Below are positions 1 to 9,507 of a stretch of DNA of 64,000 bases, piece after piece. Source of the DNA: an uncultured Actinomycetota bacterium (GTDB taxonomy: Bacteria > Actinomycetota > Actinomycetes > Propionibacteriales > Nocardioidaceae); assembly GCA_963728555.1 (NCBI GenBank), contig CAVSKP010000005.1, forward strand, positions 21,413 through 85,412, in the 5' to 3' direction. Position 1 is the stretch's first letter. Every line of letters starts with the position of its first letter. The position numbers and the translations under genes were made by a program. The notes under the pieces are model-generated. The model worked only from the letters and a program-made list of their open reading frames with translations, was not told the origin of the DNA and made no database searches.

Positions 1-886
1 CGGCCTCGACCGGCGCGATCCCGAAGTCCTGCGGGACCAGCGCGAAGGTCCCGCGGCCGGCCATCCGAGCGACCGGGTCGACGCCGATCGCGTCGCGGGC
101 GGCCTCGGAGCCGAGGAGCACGGCCGAGGCACCGTCGTTCAGCGGCGAGGCGTTGGCGGCGGTGATCGTCCCGTCGGGACGGAATGACGGCGCGAGACCG
201 GCCAGCTTCTCCGCGGTGCTCCCCGGCCGGATCCCCTCGTCCCGAGCCAGTTCCACGCCCTCGACCGGGACCACGAGGCCGTCGTAGAAGCCCGCCTCCC
301 ACGCGTCGTGGGCCAGGTTGTGCGAGCGGGCCGCGAACTCGTCCTGCCGCTCGCGGGAGATGCCGAAGCGGTCGGCGAGGAGCTCGTTGGCCTCCCCGAG
401 TGAGACGGTCCACTCCGCAGGCATCCGCTCGTTGACCAGCCGCCAGCCCAGGGTCGTGGAGACAGCGGTGACGTTGCCCGCGGGGTACGCGCGGGACGGC
501 TTGGGCAGCACCCACGGCGCGCGCGTCATCGACTCCACGCCTCCGGTGAGCACGATGTCGGCGTCGCCGGACTCGATGGTCCGCGAGCCGGCCATCGCCG
601 CGTCGAGCGAGGAGCCGCAGAGCCGGTTGACGGTGACGGCGGGCACCGAGGGCGGCAGCCCGGCGAGCAGCACGGCCATCCGGCCGACGTTGCGGTTGTC
701 CTCGCCGGCACCGTTGGCGCAGCCCCAGACCACGTCCTCGATCCGGGCCGGGTCGAGGCCGGGTGTCGTCGCGAGCACGCCGGTGACGGCCGTCGCGGCG
801 AGGTCGTCGGGACGTACGTCGGCGAGCGCGCCACCGAACCTCCCGAACGGCGTCCGCGCGGCGGCGTACACGAATGCCGAGGTCAC
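1..886 (-). CDS. pcaF: Acetyl-CoA C-acyltransferase (thiolase), probably 3-oxoadipyl-CoA thiolase; 3' end lies outside the window
   Basis: Read by hand: GTG at 886 gives MTSAFVYAAARTPFGRFGGALADVRPDDLAA...; GTGA overlap with the pcaL stop; thiolase NRLCGSS and GGVESM motifs; pca context. Missing from the ORF track because it is truncated. Confidence 0.85.
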   Translation of the reverse strand, partial: MTSAFVYAAARTPFGRFGGALADVRPDDLAATAVTGVLATTPGLDPARIEDVVWGCANGAGEDNRNVGRMAVLLAGLPPSVPAVTVNRLCGSSLDAAMAGSRTIESGDADIVLTGGVESMTRAPWVLPKPSRAYPAGNVTAVSTTLGWRLVNERMPAEWTVSLGEANELLADRFGISRERQDEFAARSHNLAHDAWEAGFYDGLVVPVEGVELARDEGIRPGSTAEKLAGLAPSFRPDGTITAANASPLNDGASAVLLGSEAARDAIGVDPVARMAGRGTFALVPQDFGIAPVEA

Positions 887-2076
887 GACTCCTCCTCCTC
901 GTCGCGGACCTGGGCCGCTACCCGGAACGCGCTGTTCGCGGCGGGCACCCCGCAGTAGATCGCGGTCTGCAGCAGGACCTCCTTGATCTCCTCCCACGAG
1001 AGGCCGTTGCGCCGGGCGCCGCGCAGGTGCAGGGCGAGCTCCTCGTGATGACCGCCCGCGACGAGTGCGGTGACGGTGACCATCGAGCGGCTGCGTCGGT
1101 CCAGACCCGGGCGGGTCCAGATGCCACCCCAGGCGTAGGTGGTGATGAAGTCCTGGAACTCGAGGGTCAGGTCCGTGGCGTGCGACAGGGACCGGTCCAC
1201 GTGCTCGTCACCGAGAACCTCGCGCCGGACGGACAGTCCGTTGTCGTACGTCGCGGCGAGCAGCGAGCCGTCCTCCTCACCGAGGAAGTGCTCGCGGAGC
1301 AGGTCGGCCACCTCCGACGGCCGCTCGGCAGGGGCGAGGTGCGCGGTGCCTTCGAGCACGACCAGACGGCCGTGCTGCACCCCCTCGGCCAACGCCCGGA
1401 GCAAGTCGGGAGCGGTGACCTGGTCCTCCCTGCCGGCGATCGCCAGCACCGGCTTGGCGATCTCGGACAGCCGGTCGCGCACGTCGAAGTGCGCCAGGGC
1501 CTCGCAGACCTGCACGTAAGCCCGGTCGTTGGCGACGTGCAGGCTGTGGAGCAGCGCGGCACCGCGGTCGGGCTCGCGCTCGAAGAAGTCGTGTGCGAAC
1601 CATTGCTCGGCGGTCGCGCCGACGAGGACGGCCGTGCCCGACGTGGTGACCCGGCCGATCCGGTCGGCCCAGGTGCCGACGTCGCCGATCCGGGCGCCGG
1701 TGCCGATCAGCGCGGCTCCCGTCACCTGGTCGGCATGGTCGAGGAGCAACGTGAGCCCTACGGTGCCGCCGACCGAGACGCCGGCGTAGGCGAACGGCGT
1801 ACCTGCATCACCCCGCTGTTCCTGCACGTCGGCGACCATCGCGAGGACGCCGTCGGCGAGCTCGGCCATCGTGAAGCCCTCGAAGGGCACCGAGGCGTTG
1901 TGGCCGTGGCCCGGGAGGTCCCAGGCGAGCACGTCGAAGGCGTTGGAGAGGCGCTCCGCGCAGGCGGTCCAGAGCTCCGTGGCGCTCGTACCCAGCGACG
2001 GACCCAGCACGAGCAGCGGCAGCTCCGCGCGATGGGCGGCACCGCTCATCCGGACGCCGGTGACGACGGGGATCAC
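883..2076 (-). CDS. pcaL: Fused 3-oxoadipate enol-lactone hydrolase / 4-carboxymuconolactone decarboxylase (PcaD-PcaC)
   Basis: N-terminal alpha/beta hydrolase (GPSLGT, WDLPGHG, GVSVGG, AHLAPAE) plus C-terminal CMD domain (YAWGGIWTRPGLDRRSRSM, LLQTAIYCGVPAAN). Confidence 0.92.
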   Translation of the reverse strand: MIPVVTGVRMSGAAHRAELPLLVLGPSLGTSATELWTACAERLSNAFDVLAWDLPGHGHNASVPFEGFTMAELADGVLAMVADVQEQRGDAGTPFAYAGVSVGGTVGLTLLLDHADQVTGAALIGTGARIGDVGTWADRIGRVTTSGTAVLVGATAEQWFAHDFFEREPDRGAALLHSLHVANDRAYVQVCEALAHFDVRDRLSEIAKPVLAIAGREDQVTAPDLLRALAEGVQHGRLVVLEGTAHLAPAERPSEVADLLREHFLGEEDGSLLAATYDNGLSVRREVLGDEHVDRSLSHATDLTLEFQDFITTYAWGGIWTRPGLDRRSRSMVTVTALVAGGHHEELALHLRGARRNGLSWEEIKEVLLQTAIYCGVPAANSAFRVAAQVRDEEEES

Positions 2077-2215
2077 GCGAGCACCCCGGCCGCTCGCGCG
2101 AGCGGTGCCTCGAGGAGGTTGTTCACCACGTCAGTCTGGCGTGCGGGCGTAGGAGAGGAACACGTCTCCCCCAGGCCCTGCCCGTCGAGGCCGGGGCGAC
2201 CGGCCCGGCGGAGAG

Positions 2216-2896
2216 CTACGCCGGGCTGGCGATCGGGTGCTGACGCGTCACCGCGACCAGGCCCTCACGGCGGCCCACGGCGGTCGCGATCGCGATGGTC
2301 GCCGCGGCCGCACCGATGTTGATCGCCAGCACGCTGACGCTCTTGACGAGCACGAACGTCTCGGTCGACTGCGAAAGAAGCAGCCACAAGGTCAACGAGC
2401 CCTTGCCCAGGTACAGGAGTGCCCACATCGCCGTCAGCACGCGGAAGAGCCGCTGGATCCCCGGACGGTCGGCGACGTCGTCCGTCATCGGGTAGAAGTC
2501 GCCGGCCAGCCGCGCCACGATCGGCCGGGACGCCCACAGGGACGCCAGGAACGCCGATCCGATGAGGCAGTCGGTGACGACCGGCTGCAGGAAGTACAGG
2601 AACGTGCTGTCCGCCATGAAGGAGACCAGGGTGCGCCCGGTCATCACGGCCGCGGCGAAGACGAGCAGCCCCGAGGTACGCCGCCCGGTCACCGCGCGCC
2701 AGGCGAGCGCGCCGTACTGCCAGCACAAGGCCGCGCCGATGGCGACCCACACGCCCGAGAGCATCAGCACCGAGTAGAAGAGGGCTGCCGGCACGGCGCA
2801 CGCCACGGTGATGCTCACCGCGACCCGGCGGACGACGGCGCTGAGGCCGGGGGCCGGCTTGAGCGAAGGGAGCGCCGGGGCGATCGTGAGGGACAT
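2216..2896 (-). CDS. Integral membrane protein (VC0807 / septation-protein-A-like)
   Basis: About 6 hydrophobic segments; FLYFLQPV and RLAGDFYP motifs. Confidence 0.7.
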   Translation of the reverse strand: MSLTIAPALPSLKPAPGLSAVVRRVAVSITVACAVPAALFYSVLMLSGVWVAIGAALCWQYGALAWRAVTGRRTSGLLVFAAAVMTGRTLVSFMADSTFLYFLQPVVTDCLIGSAFLASLWASRPIVARLAGDFYPMTDDVADRPGIQRLFRVLTAMWALLYLGKGSLTLWLLLSQSTETFVLVKSVSVLAINIGAAAATIAIATAVGRREGLVAVTRQHPIASPA

Positions 2897-3109
2897 GCGT
2901 TGCCTGTCCTGCCGGGAGCCGGCCTGAGGTCTGACCCACCGGGGAAGGCGCCGGTCGGCGCCTTGGGGGGATTCCCTCGGTGGTAGTCACGAACCTATGA
3001 GTACCTGCCCCGAACCGCCATGGATCAGGCCGAAATAGCCCACTCGGGCTAGCGCCCTAGTCCTCTCTGGCCATGGGGACTCGACCCTCCGGCCGAGGCG
3101 CCGTCGCCT

Positions 3110-3796
3110 TCAGAGGTATCTCCACATCTGACGGAGCACGCGGGCCGCCTGGACGACCGTGACGCCGGCGCGGGTGGCGATGCCGCGCAGGATGGCCCGC
3201 GCCTCGTCCACGTCGACGGCCTGGAGAGCGGCCAGCAGGCCGACGGCGATGTCCTCCTGGAGCTGCTCGGCCAGCCGGTGTGGCGCCTGCCGGGCATGGA
3301 CGCGGGTGCTGAAGGACAGGTCCGCGTTCGTGACGATGTCGTCGACCGACCCTCCGAGGGCTGCGGCCAGCTCCCCGTGCCGACCGGCGAAGGACTCCGG
3401 CCGGGAGGCGTACAGGCTCACGCCGAGGCGCGGGCTCGCTCCGACCTCCACCGGGAGGGTCAGCGTGCTCGCCACACCCGCCGCCGCGCTGGCGCTGGCG
3501 AGCGCCCGCCAACGGCCCTCGTCGAGCACGGGCGGGTCACTCTCGACCCTCACGTCGCGGGACGGGGCGCCCAGGTCGGCGGGCACTCCCGGGTCGGATC
3601 CCGGCGGCGCCACGAGCGTGAACGTCAGGTCCTCGTCGAACACCGTCAGGCTCAGCCCGACCAGCTCCGGCACGATGCTCTGCGCGGCCGACCCGAGACG
3701 CATCAGCGACGCGCGGGCGTCGCCGTCGCCGTAGCTGATGTACTCGTCGAGCGCCGCGTCGGACTCCGGGATCGGCACCAGGCCGCGGACTTCCAT
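3110..3796 (-). CDS. GAF-like + ANTAR domain protein
   Basis: GAGGTG RBS before ATG 3796; VASTLTLPV...VSLYA GAF-like segment; C-terminal IAVGLLAALQAVDVDEARAILRGIATRAG ANTAR-like helix bundle. Confidence 0.75.
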   Translation of the reverse strand: MEVRGLVPIPESDAALDEYISYGDGDARASLMRLGSAAQSIVPELVGLSLTVFDEDLTFTLVAPPGSDPGVPADLGAPSRDVRVESDPPVLDEGRWRALASASAAAGVASTLTLPVEVGASPRLGVSLYASRPESFAGRHGELAAALGGSVDDIVTNADLSFSTRVHARQAPHRLAEQLQEDIAVGLLAALQAVDVDEARAILRGIATRAGVTVVQAARVLRQMWRYL

Positions 3797-3955
3797 GGCG
3801 GACACACCTCATCGGGTCGACGACGTCGAGGCTGCTCTCTCCTTCGCTGTACCCCCTCTCTGTACCCCGCCTCGCGCGACGTAGCCCCGCTCACGGTGGC
3901 CCGGGGGTTCGCCGTTCTCCGGACGTACCTCGCCGGTCCGTGTCAACCTCCTGAC

Positions 3956-4909
3956 ATGACCCCCCTCCGCCTGGGCCTGGTCGGTGCCGGCGCGTACGCC
4001 GCCGAGGTCACGGTCCCCACCCTGATGAGCACTCCGGGCATCGACCTGGTCGCGATCTGCTCGCACGACTCCTCGTCGCGCGCACTGGCCGACATGTGGG
4101 GCCTCGAAGGAGTCGAGGCGACGGTCGAGGAGTTCCTCAAGATCGGCGAGCTCGACGGCGCCGTCCTGGCCGCCACGCCGGAGGCGCACGAGGCCGCCAT
4201 GGCGATCGCTCCCGAGCTCGGCGTGCCGATCTTCGTCGAGAGTCCGCCCGGTTTCCGCGCCGCTCCTGTCCGCCGGTTCGCCGAGGCCAACGCGCGGCGC
4301 GACCAGCCGATCGTGTCGCTGGTCGACTTCAACCTCAGGTACGCCGCGATGACGCGGCTCGCCCTCCAGCACATCGCCGCCCACGGCCGGGTCGCGCACG
4401 TCGCCATGGAGTGCCACGCCGGCTCCCCGCGCGGTGCCCTGTGGGGGCGCGAACCGCTGGAGAGCTTCCTGCTCGCGTTCGGGATCCAGCCCCTCGCGGT
4501 GATGGCCGAGCTCCTCGGCTGGCCGGCCGTCGAGTCGCTGACGAGCGGCGAGGTGACGATGACGCGCAAGGACGACTGCTTCGTCACCGCCGTGTTCACG
4601 ACCCGGACCACCCGCGGCTCGCTCCGGATGTCCAACACCCGCAACCGGTTCGTCTTCGAGACGACGGTGACCTGCGTGGACGGCACGTCGGTCTCGTGGA
4701 CCCTCGACGAGCTCGTCGTCTACTCCCCCGGCACGACCGAGGAGACCCGGCACACGTGCAGCCCGCTCATGGTGGGCGGTGAGCGGGGCGGGTACGCCGC
4801 GGCCATGCGCGAGTTCCGCGACGCCTGCTTCGGCGGCAACGCGAGCCGGTCGAGCATCGAGCAGAGCCTCGTCGTGATGGAGTGGATCGAGCGCCTCGGC
4901 TCCTCCTAG
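3956..4909 (+). CDS. Gfo/Idh/MocA family oxidoreductase
   Basis: LRLGLVGAGAYA Rossmann motif, ATP..H, FNLRY; the EKP motif reads ESP. Confidence 0.8.
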   Translation: MTPLRLGLVGAGAYAAEVTVPTLMSTPGIDLVAICSHDSSSRALADMWGLEGVEATVEEFLKIGELDGAVLAATPEAHEAAMAIAPELGVPIFVESPPGFRAAPVRRFAEANARRDQPIVSLVDFNLRYAAMTRLALQHIAAHGRVAHVAMECHAGSPRGALWGREPLESFLLAFGIQPLAVMAELLGWPAVESLTSGEVTMTRKDDCFVTAVFTTRTTRGSLRMSNTRNRFVFETTVTCVDGTSVSWTLDELVVYSPGTTEETRHTCSPLMVGGERGGYAAAMREFRDACFGGNASRSSIEQSLVVMEWIERLGSS

Positions 4910-4926
4910 ACGGCAGACTGCGGGAC

Positions 4927-5718
4927 GTGAGCGCACCCGACCTGTCCCGCTACGACGACGTGCTGGCCTGGGTCTCCGACCGCGCGGAGCACGACCCCGA
5001 CCTGCTGTGCGGGTGGATCGGCGGGTCCGCGGCCACGGGCGGCTACGACGAGCACTCCGACCTCGACATCAACCTGCTGGCTGCGCCGGGGACGTTCGTC
5101 CGCGTGTACGACGACCTGGTCGCCTCACTCGTCAGCACCTTCGAGCCGACCAGCCTGTGGCAGCTCCCCGCCGCGACGTACGCCGACGGCCGCCAGTGCT
5201 TCGCCACCTTCGACGACGCTCCCGGCTCGTTGGCGGCGCCGACCCGGCTCGTCGACATCGTGGTGTACGAGCTCAGCGACGAGCACCGGCACGTCGACGT
5301 ACGCCGCCACGGCACGCCGCTGGTCTGCTTCGACCCGCACGACCTGCTCGTCGAACGGCACGACGACGAGGACGGGCTTCGTCGCGGACGGGACGAGACC
5401 GTCTCGCAGGTGCGGCAGCGCCGGCTGGTCGGCGAGTGGCTGGTGAACCGCGCCATCGTCCGCCGGCACCTGCCGGAGGCCGTTTCGCTGTACCTGCGCT
5501 TCGCCCTCACCCCGGTGGTGCAGCTGCTCCGGGTCCGGGACTGCCCGGAGCGCCACGACTACCTGCTCCGCTACCTGCACACCGACCTCGACGCGGCCGA
5601 CGTCGCCCGGATCGACACCCTGCTGCCCGGCGTCGAGCGGTTGCGCGAGCTGTCCGCCGAGTGCTTCGCCTGGCAGGACGAGCTGCTCGATCTCACCCCA
5701 GGCCCAGCTCCGCGCTGA
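4927..5718 (+). CDS. Nucleotidyltransferase domain protein
   Basis: GGSAATGGYDEHSDLDINL = GS-x-DxD polymerase-beta-fold motif; GTG at 4927. Confidence 0.7.
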   Translation: MSAPDLSRYDDVLAWVSDRAEHDPDLLCGWIGGSAATGGYDEHSDLDINLLAAPGTFVRVYDDLVASLVSTFEPTSLWQLPAATYADGRQCFATFDDAPGSLAAPTRLVDIVVYELSDEHRHVDVRRHGTPLVCFDPHDLLVERHDDEDGLRRGRDETVSQVRQRRLVGEWLVNRAIVRRHLPEAVSLYLRFALTPVVQLLRVRDCPERHDYLLRYLHTDLDAADVARIDTLLPGVERLRELSAECFAWQDELLDLTPGPAPR

Positions 5719-6554
5719 GCCACTCGAGCCGGGCGACCCGCGCGTCGTCGCGGAACTCGTGGTCGTTGCGCTCGAACAGCTGCACGTCGGCGTCCGGGCT
5801 CGAGGCGGCGTAGGCGTCTCGGACGTCTTGGCCGATGAAGTTGTCCTGGCCGGCCCACTGGAACAACACGTGGTTGCCCAGCCTGGCGGTGTGGTCGACG
5901 GGGTTGAGGTCGTCGAACAGCGCGAGGTAGGCGTCCCGTGCATCGCCGTGAAGGTCCAGCCAGAACTGCGCGAACCAGTTGCCCATCAGCGCGTCGGGCG
6001 CCTGCAGGACCATGGCAGAGATCCGGTCGTCGGAGTCGGCGAGGAGGGCGCCGTACATCGCCCCGTAGTCGTGCCCGACCAGCGCGATGCGGGAGTCGTC
6101 GACCGACGCGCTCGGCGTCGAGACGGTCGAGGGCGGCCCGCATGGCGGCGACCTGGTTCTCCACCAGGGTCACGTCACCGGTCGTGCCGTCGGGGTTGGG
6201 CACCCAGGGGAAGTAGCCCTGCGGCAGCACCGAGACCACGCCGCGGCCGGCCATGGTGACGGCTTCGGAGAGGTACTCGCTGCGGTCGCCGTTGATCTCG
6301 CCCAGCCAGTGCAGCCACAGCACGCCGGGCGCCGACTGCTTCTTCAGCTGGCCGCCGGGATGCACGAACCAGGCCTGGACCGGGGGCTGTCCCGGGACGG
6401 GGATGGTGATGTCCTCGACCACCACCGAGGAGCTGGCCACGCTCTTGTGCGCGGGCTTCTTCGCCGCCAGGGACCCGGCCGTCGCGGTGCCACCCGCGAC
6501 CAGCCCCGCCGCCGTCACCACTGCCACCGCAACCAACCCCACTCGTCGTCGCAT
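5693..6554 (-). CDS. Secreted alpha/beta hydrolase, split by a frameshift near 6105-6125
   Basis: Signal peptide MRRRVGLVAVAVV...; first frame runs to ...AALDRL, second frame continues VDDSRIALVGHDYGAMYG...RNDHEF; two ORF-track pieces join into one fold. Confidence 0.7.
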
Positions 6555-6570
6555 CGGGTACCTCCACACC

Positions 6571-6642
6571 GTCAGTTGTATAAGGACTCTTACAACTGAC
6601 GAACTTAGAATCGGTAGCATAAGGCGTCAAGCAACTGACGCC
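6571..6642. promoter_or_regulatory. Two inverted repeats (10-10-10 and 7-6-7), likely operator(s) of the CGNR regulator
   Basis: GTCAGTTGTA-N10-TACAACTGAC at 6571-6600; GGCGTCA-N6-TGACGCC at 6623-6642; between divergent genes. Confidence 0.6.
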
Positions 6643-6668
6643 ATATCGTGACCTGGAGGAGGCGGCTC

Positions 6669-7259
6669 GTGACCGACGAGGGCCCGGCGGGGTTCCCCGG
6701 CGACTGGCTGGCCGACCCGACCGCACCTGCCAGCGACGTCGAGCTCGCCCTGCTCCTGGTCAACAGCCACGACCTGCTCGACGACCCGCCCGACCGCCTC
6801 CGCGACCTCCGCTGGCTGACGCACGTGTTCACCCGGGCCGGGCACGGGGACCTCGCCCTCGAGCTGAGCGGCCGGGGCCTGCCCCGCTTGCGGAGGCTGC
6901 GCGACGCGCTCCGCGCGGCGTTCGAGGCACCCGACGACCTGGCTGCCGCCGCGATCCTCAACCCGCTGCTGGAGAAGGCGCGCGCGGTTCCGCTGATCGA
7001 CGTCGACCCGGCCGGCTCCACGAGCCTGCGCGTCGGCCTCGGTCTCCGCGGGGTCGCCGCCCTCGAGGCGCGCCTGCCGGCAGCCCTGGCTGCCTTCGTC
7101 GCCGAGCACGGCGTACGCCGCCTGGGTGTCTGCGACAGCGACCCCTGCCGCTGCGTGTATGTCGACCGCACTCGCGCCGGCACGCGCAAGTACTGCTGCT
7201 CGTACTGCAACGACCGCCGCGCCGCGCGGGCCTACCGTCGACGTCAACGGTCCGGTTAG
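6669..7259 (+). CDS. CGNR zinc-finger (ABATE) domain regulator
   Basis: GGAGGAGG RBS before GTG 6669; CDSDPCRCVYVDRTRAGTRKYCCSYCNDR zinc finger. Confidence 0.85.
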   Translation: MTDEGPAGFPGDWLADPTAPASDVELALLLVNSHDLLDDPPDRLRDLRWLTHVFTRAGHGDLALELSGRGLPRLRRLRDALRAAFEAPDDLAAAAILNPLLEKARAVPLIDVDPAGSTSLRVGLGLRGVAALEARLPAALAAFVAEHGVRRLGVCDSDPCRCVYVDRTRAGTRKYCCSYCNDRRAARAYRRRQRSG

Positions 7260-7268
7260 CCTTCGACG

Positions 7269-7676
7269 ATGCTCGACGACGACGATCTCCTACTGGCCCT
7301 GAAGCGGCACTGGGCCCACTCCGGCAAGGACGAGGACGTCGCCAGCGAGATCTACCACGAGGACGCGGTGCTCGAGTTTCCCCAGTCAGGGGAGCGATTC
7401 GAGGGGGTCGCCAACTTCCGCGAGTGGCGGCGCCAGTACCCCGCGGAACTGCGCTTCCACACCCGCCGGATCACCCACCGCGAGCACCTGGTCGTGGTCG
7501 AGAACCTGATCAGCTACGACGGCAGTCCCTGGATGTTCACCGTGAGCATCATGCAGTTCCGCGGCGAGCGCGTGGCGCACGAGCGTATCTACATCACCGA
7601 GGGTTGGGAGCCTGCCGAGTGGCGTGCTCCTTGGCGGGCGGAGCGCTCGGCTGACGACCCGTTCCCGGAGCTCTGA
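7269..7676 (+). CDS. NTF2/SnoaL-like protein
   Basis: IYHEDAVLEFPQSGERFEG...ERIYITEGWEP pattern; 135 aa. Confidence 0.8.
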   Translation: MLDDDDLLLALKRHWAHSGKDEDVASEIYHEDAVLEFPQSGERFEGVANFREWRRQYPAELRFHTRRITHREHLVVVENLISYDGSPWMFTVSIMQFRGERVAHERIYITEGWEPAEWRAPWRAERSADDPFPEL

Positions 7677-7683
7677 GGCCGGC

Positions 7684-8265
7684 ATGGGCTCGGGGAAGTA
7701 CGAGATCCGGCCGCTGAGCAGCGAGACCTGGCCGGCGTACGCCGCGCTGATCGAGAAGCACGGCGGCATCTTCGGCGGCTGCTGGGACACCTGGTTCCAC
7801 ACGTTGTCCAGGGACAAGGACCGCACCTACGACAGCAACCGCGCCCTCAAGTGCCGCCTGGTCGACGAGGGCAGGGCCCATGCGGCCGTGGTCTTCGAGG
7901 GCGACACCGCGGTCGGCTGGTGCCAGTTCGGGTCGCCCGAGGAGCTGCCGAACATCCACCACCGCAAGCAGTACCTCGAGGAGACCGACGTGCTGCCGGA
8001 CTACCGGCTCACCTGCATCTTCATCGACCGCGACCACCGACGGCAGGGCGTCACCGAGGTCGCCATCCGTGGCGCCCTCGACCTGATCGCCGAAGCGGGC
8101 GGCGGCGTGGTCGAGGGGTACCCCCACGAGACGCCGACCAAGAAGGTCTCGTCGTCGTTCCTCTACAACGGCACGCGTTCGCTGTACGAGCGGATGGGGT
8201 TCGAGTACGTCCGGCCGAAGGGCCTGAAGAACTGCGTCATGCGGACGACCGTGGCCCCCCGATGA
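7684..8265 (+). CDS. GNAT family N-acetyltransferase
   Basis: VGWCQFG, TCIFIDRDHRRQGV acetyl-CoA motif, VEGYP, LYERMGF. Confidence 0.85.
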   Translation: MGSGKYEIRPLSSETWPAYAALIEKHGGIFGGCWDTWFHTLSRDKDRTYDSNRALKCRLVDEGRAHAAVVFEGDTAVGWCQFGSPEELPNIHHRKQYLEETDVLPDYRLTCIFIDRDHRRQGVTEVAIRGALDLIAEAGGGVVEGYPHETPTKKVSSSFLYNGTRSLYERMGFEYVRPKGLKNCVMRTTVAPR

Positions 8266-9472
8266 AGGCCCCGATCCGGTCCGCCAGGTAGGCCGCGTCC
8301 TCGCCCACACCCAGGAACGTCCCGGACTTGAACGTGTGCATCCAGTGCAGCCCCACGAGGTACAGGCCAGGGAACGGCGTGACCCCGCGCTGCTGGACGG
8401 CCTCGCCGCGCTGGTCCACCACGGGCACGGAGATCCAGCCGAGGTCGAGCCGGTACCCGGTGCACCACACCACGCTGGCGATCCGCTCGGTCGCCAGGTC
8501 CAGCTCAGGCACGGCGGGCACGGGCGCCGCCGGCAGCTGCTCGGCGTCGTGCGAGGGCAGGGCGAGCCCCTGGGATTCGGCGTGCTCCTCGGCGGCGGCG
8601 ACGAACCCGGCGTACGCCGCGTCGGCGGCATCCAGCAAGGCGCCCGCGTCATCGGCGAACCGCGCCAACGACCCGTCCACCTGGAGCAGCCGGCCGACGA
8701 GGACTGCGCCGTCCGCCTGCAGTCGCCGGACGTCGACGTCGTGACCGCCGCCCACGCCGGTCACGACCAGGCTGGGCGGCATCCGACCCTCGGGCCAGTC
8801 GGCTCGCGTGCGGTCGAGCCACCCCATCCGCTCCAGCCACCAGAAGACGTCCCGACCGCGATAGCGGCGCGGGATGCGACGGTGCCGGCTCACCGAGAGA
8901 TGAACCCGTCGTCCTGCGGCCAGCAGCTCCTCGGCGATCTGGGCACCGGACGCGCCGGTGCCGACGACCAGGACTCCGCCAGGCGGGAGCTGGTCGGGGT
9001 TGCGGTAAGTGCTGGCGTGGACCTGCGTCGTCGTGGATGCCAGCCCGGACGCGACCGGCGGCACGACCGGCGCCTGGAACGGGCCGGTCGCGGCCACGAC
9101 GGCTCGGGCGCGGATCTCGCCATCGGAGGTGAGGACGGTCCATCCGCCGTCGACCGGCCGGACGCTCGCCACGTCCACCCGCTCGCGCACCGGGGCGTCG
9201 TACAGCTCGGCGTACCGCTGGATCAGGTCCACCACGCCCCCGTAAGGGGCGAACCCGTGGGGATCCTCGCCGTCGTAGGGCATCCCCGGGAGGCTCAGGA
9301 CCGAGCTGGGGAACTGGAACATCAGTGAGTCCCACCGCTCGGTACGCCATCGCTCCCCGACGCGTCCGCGCTCCAGGACGACGTGCTCGACGCCTCGCTC
9401 GCGCAGGTGCCAGCTCACCGCGAGACCGGCCTGACCCGCGCCCACCACGACCACGTCGTGCCGCTCGACCAT
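8237..9472 (-). CDS. Flavin-containing monooxygenase-like NAD(P)/FAD oxidoreductase
   Basis: VVVGAGQAG, WDSL, HASTYRNP, VVGTGASGAQIAEEL, WCTGY; GGAGG RBS before ATG 9472. Confidence 0.85.
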   Translation of the reverse strand: MVERHDVVVVGAGQAGLAVSWHLRERGVEHVVLERGRVGERWRTERWDSLMFQFPSSVLSLPGMPYDGEDPHGFAPYGGVVDLIQRYAELYDAPVRERVDVASVRPVDGGWTVLTSDGEIRARAVVAATGPFQAPVVPPVASGLASTTTQVHASTYRNPDQLPPGGVLVVGTGASGAQIAEELLAAGRRVHLSVSRHRRIPRRYRGRDVFWWLERMGWLDRTRADWPEGRMPPSLVVTGVGGGHDVDVRRLQADGAVLVGRLLQVDGSLARFADDAGALLDAADAAYAGFVAAAEEHAESQGLALPSHDAEQLPAAPVPAVPELDLATERIASVVWCTGYRLDLGWISVPVVDQRGEAVQQRGVTPFPGLYLVGLHWMHTFKSGTFLGVGEDAAYLADRIGAFIGGPRSSA

Positions 9473-9507
9473 GGCGCACCTCCTGGAGGACTCGGCCGGC
9501 TGAGCGG

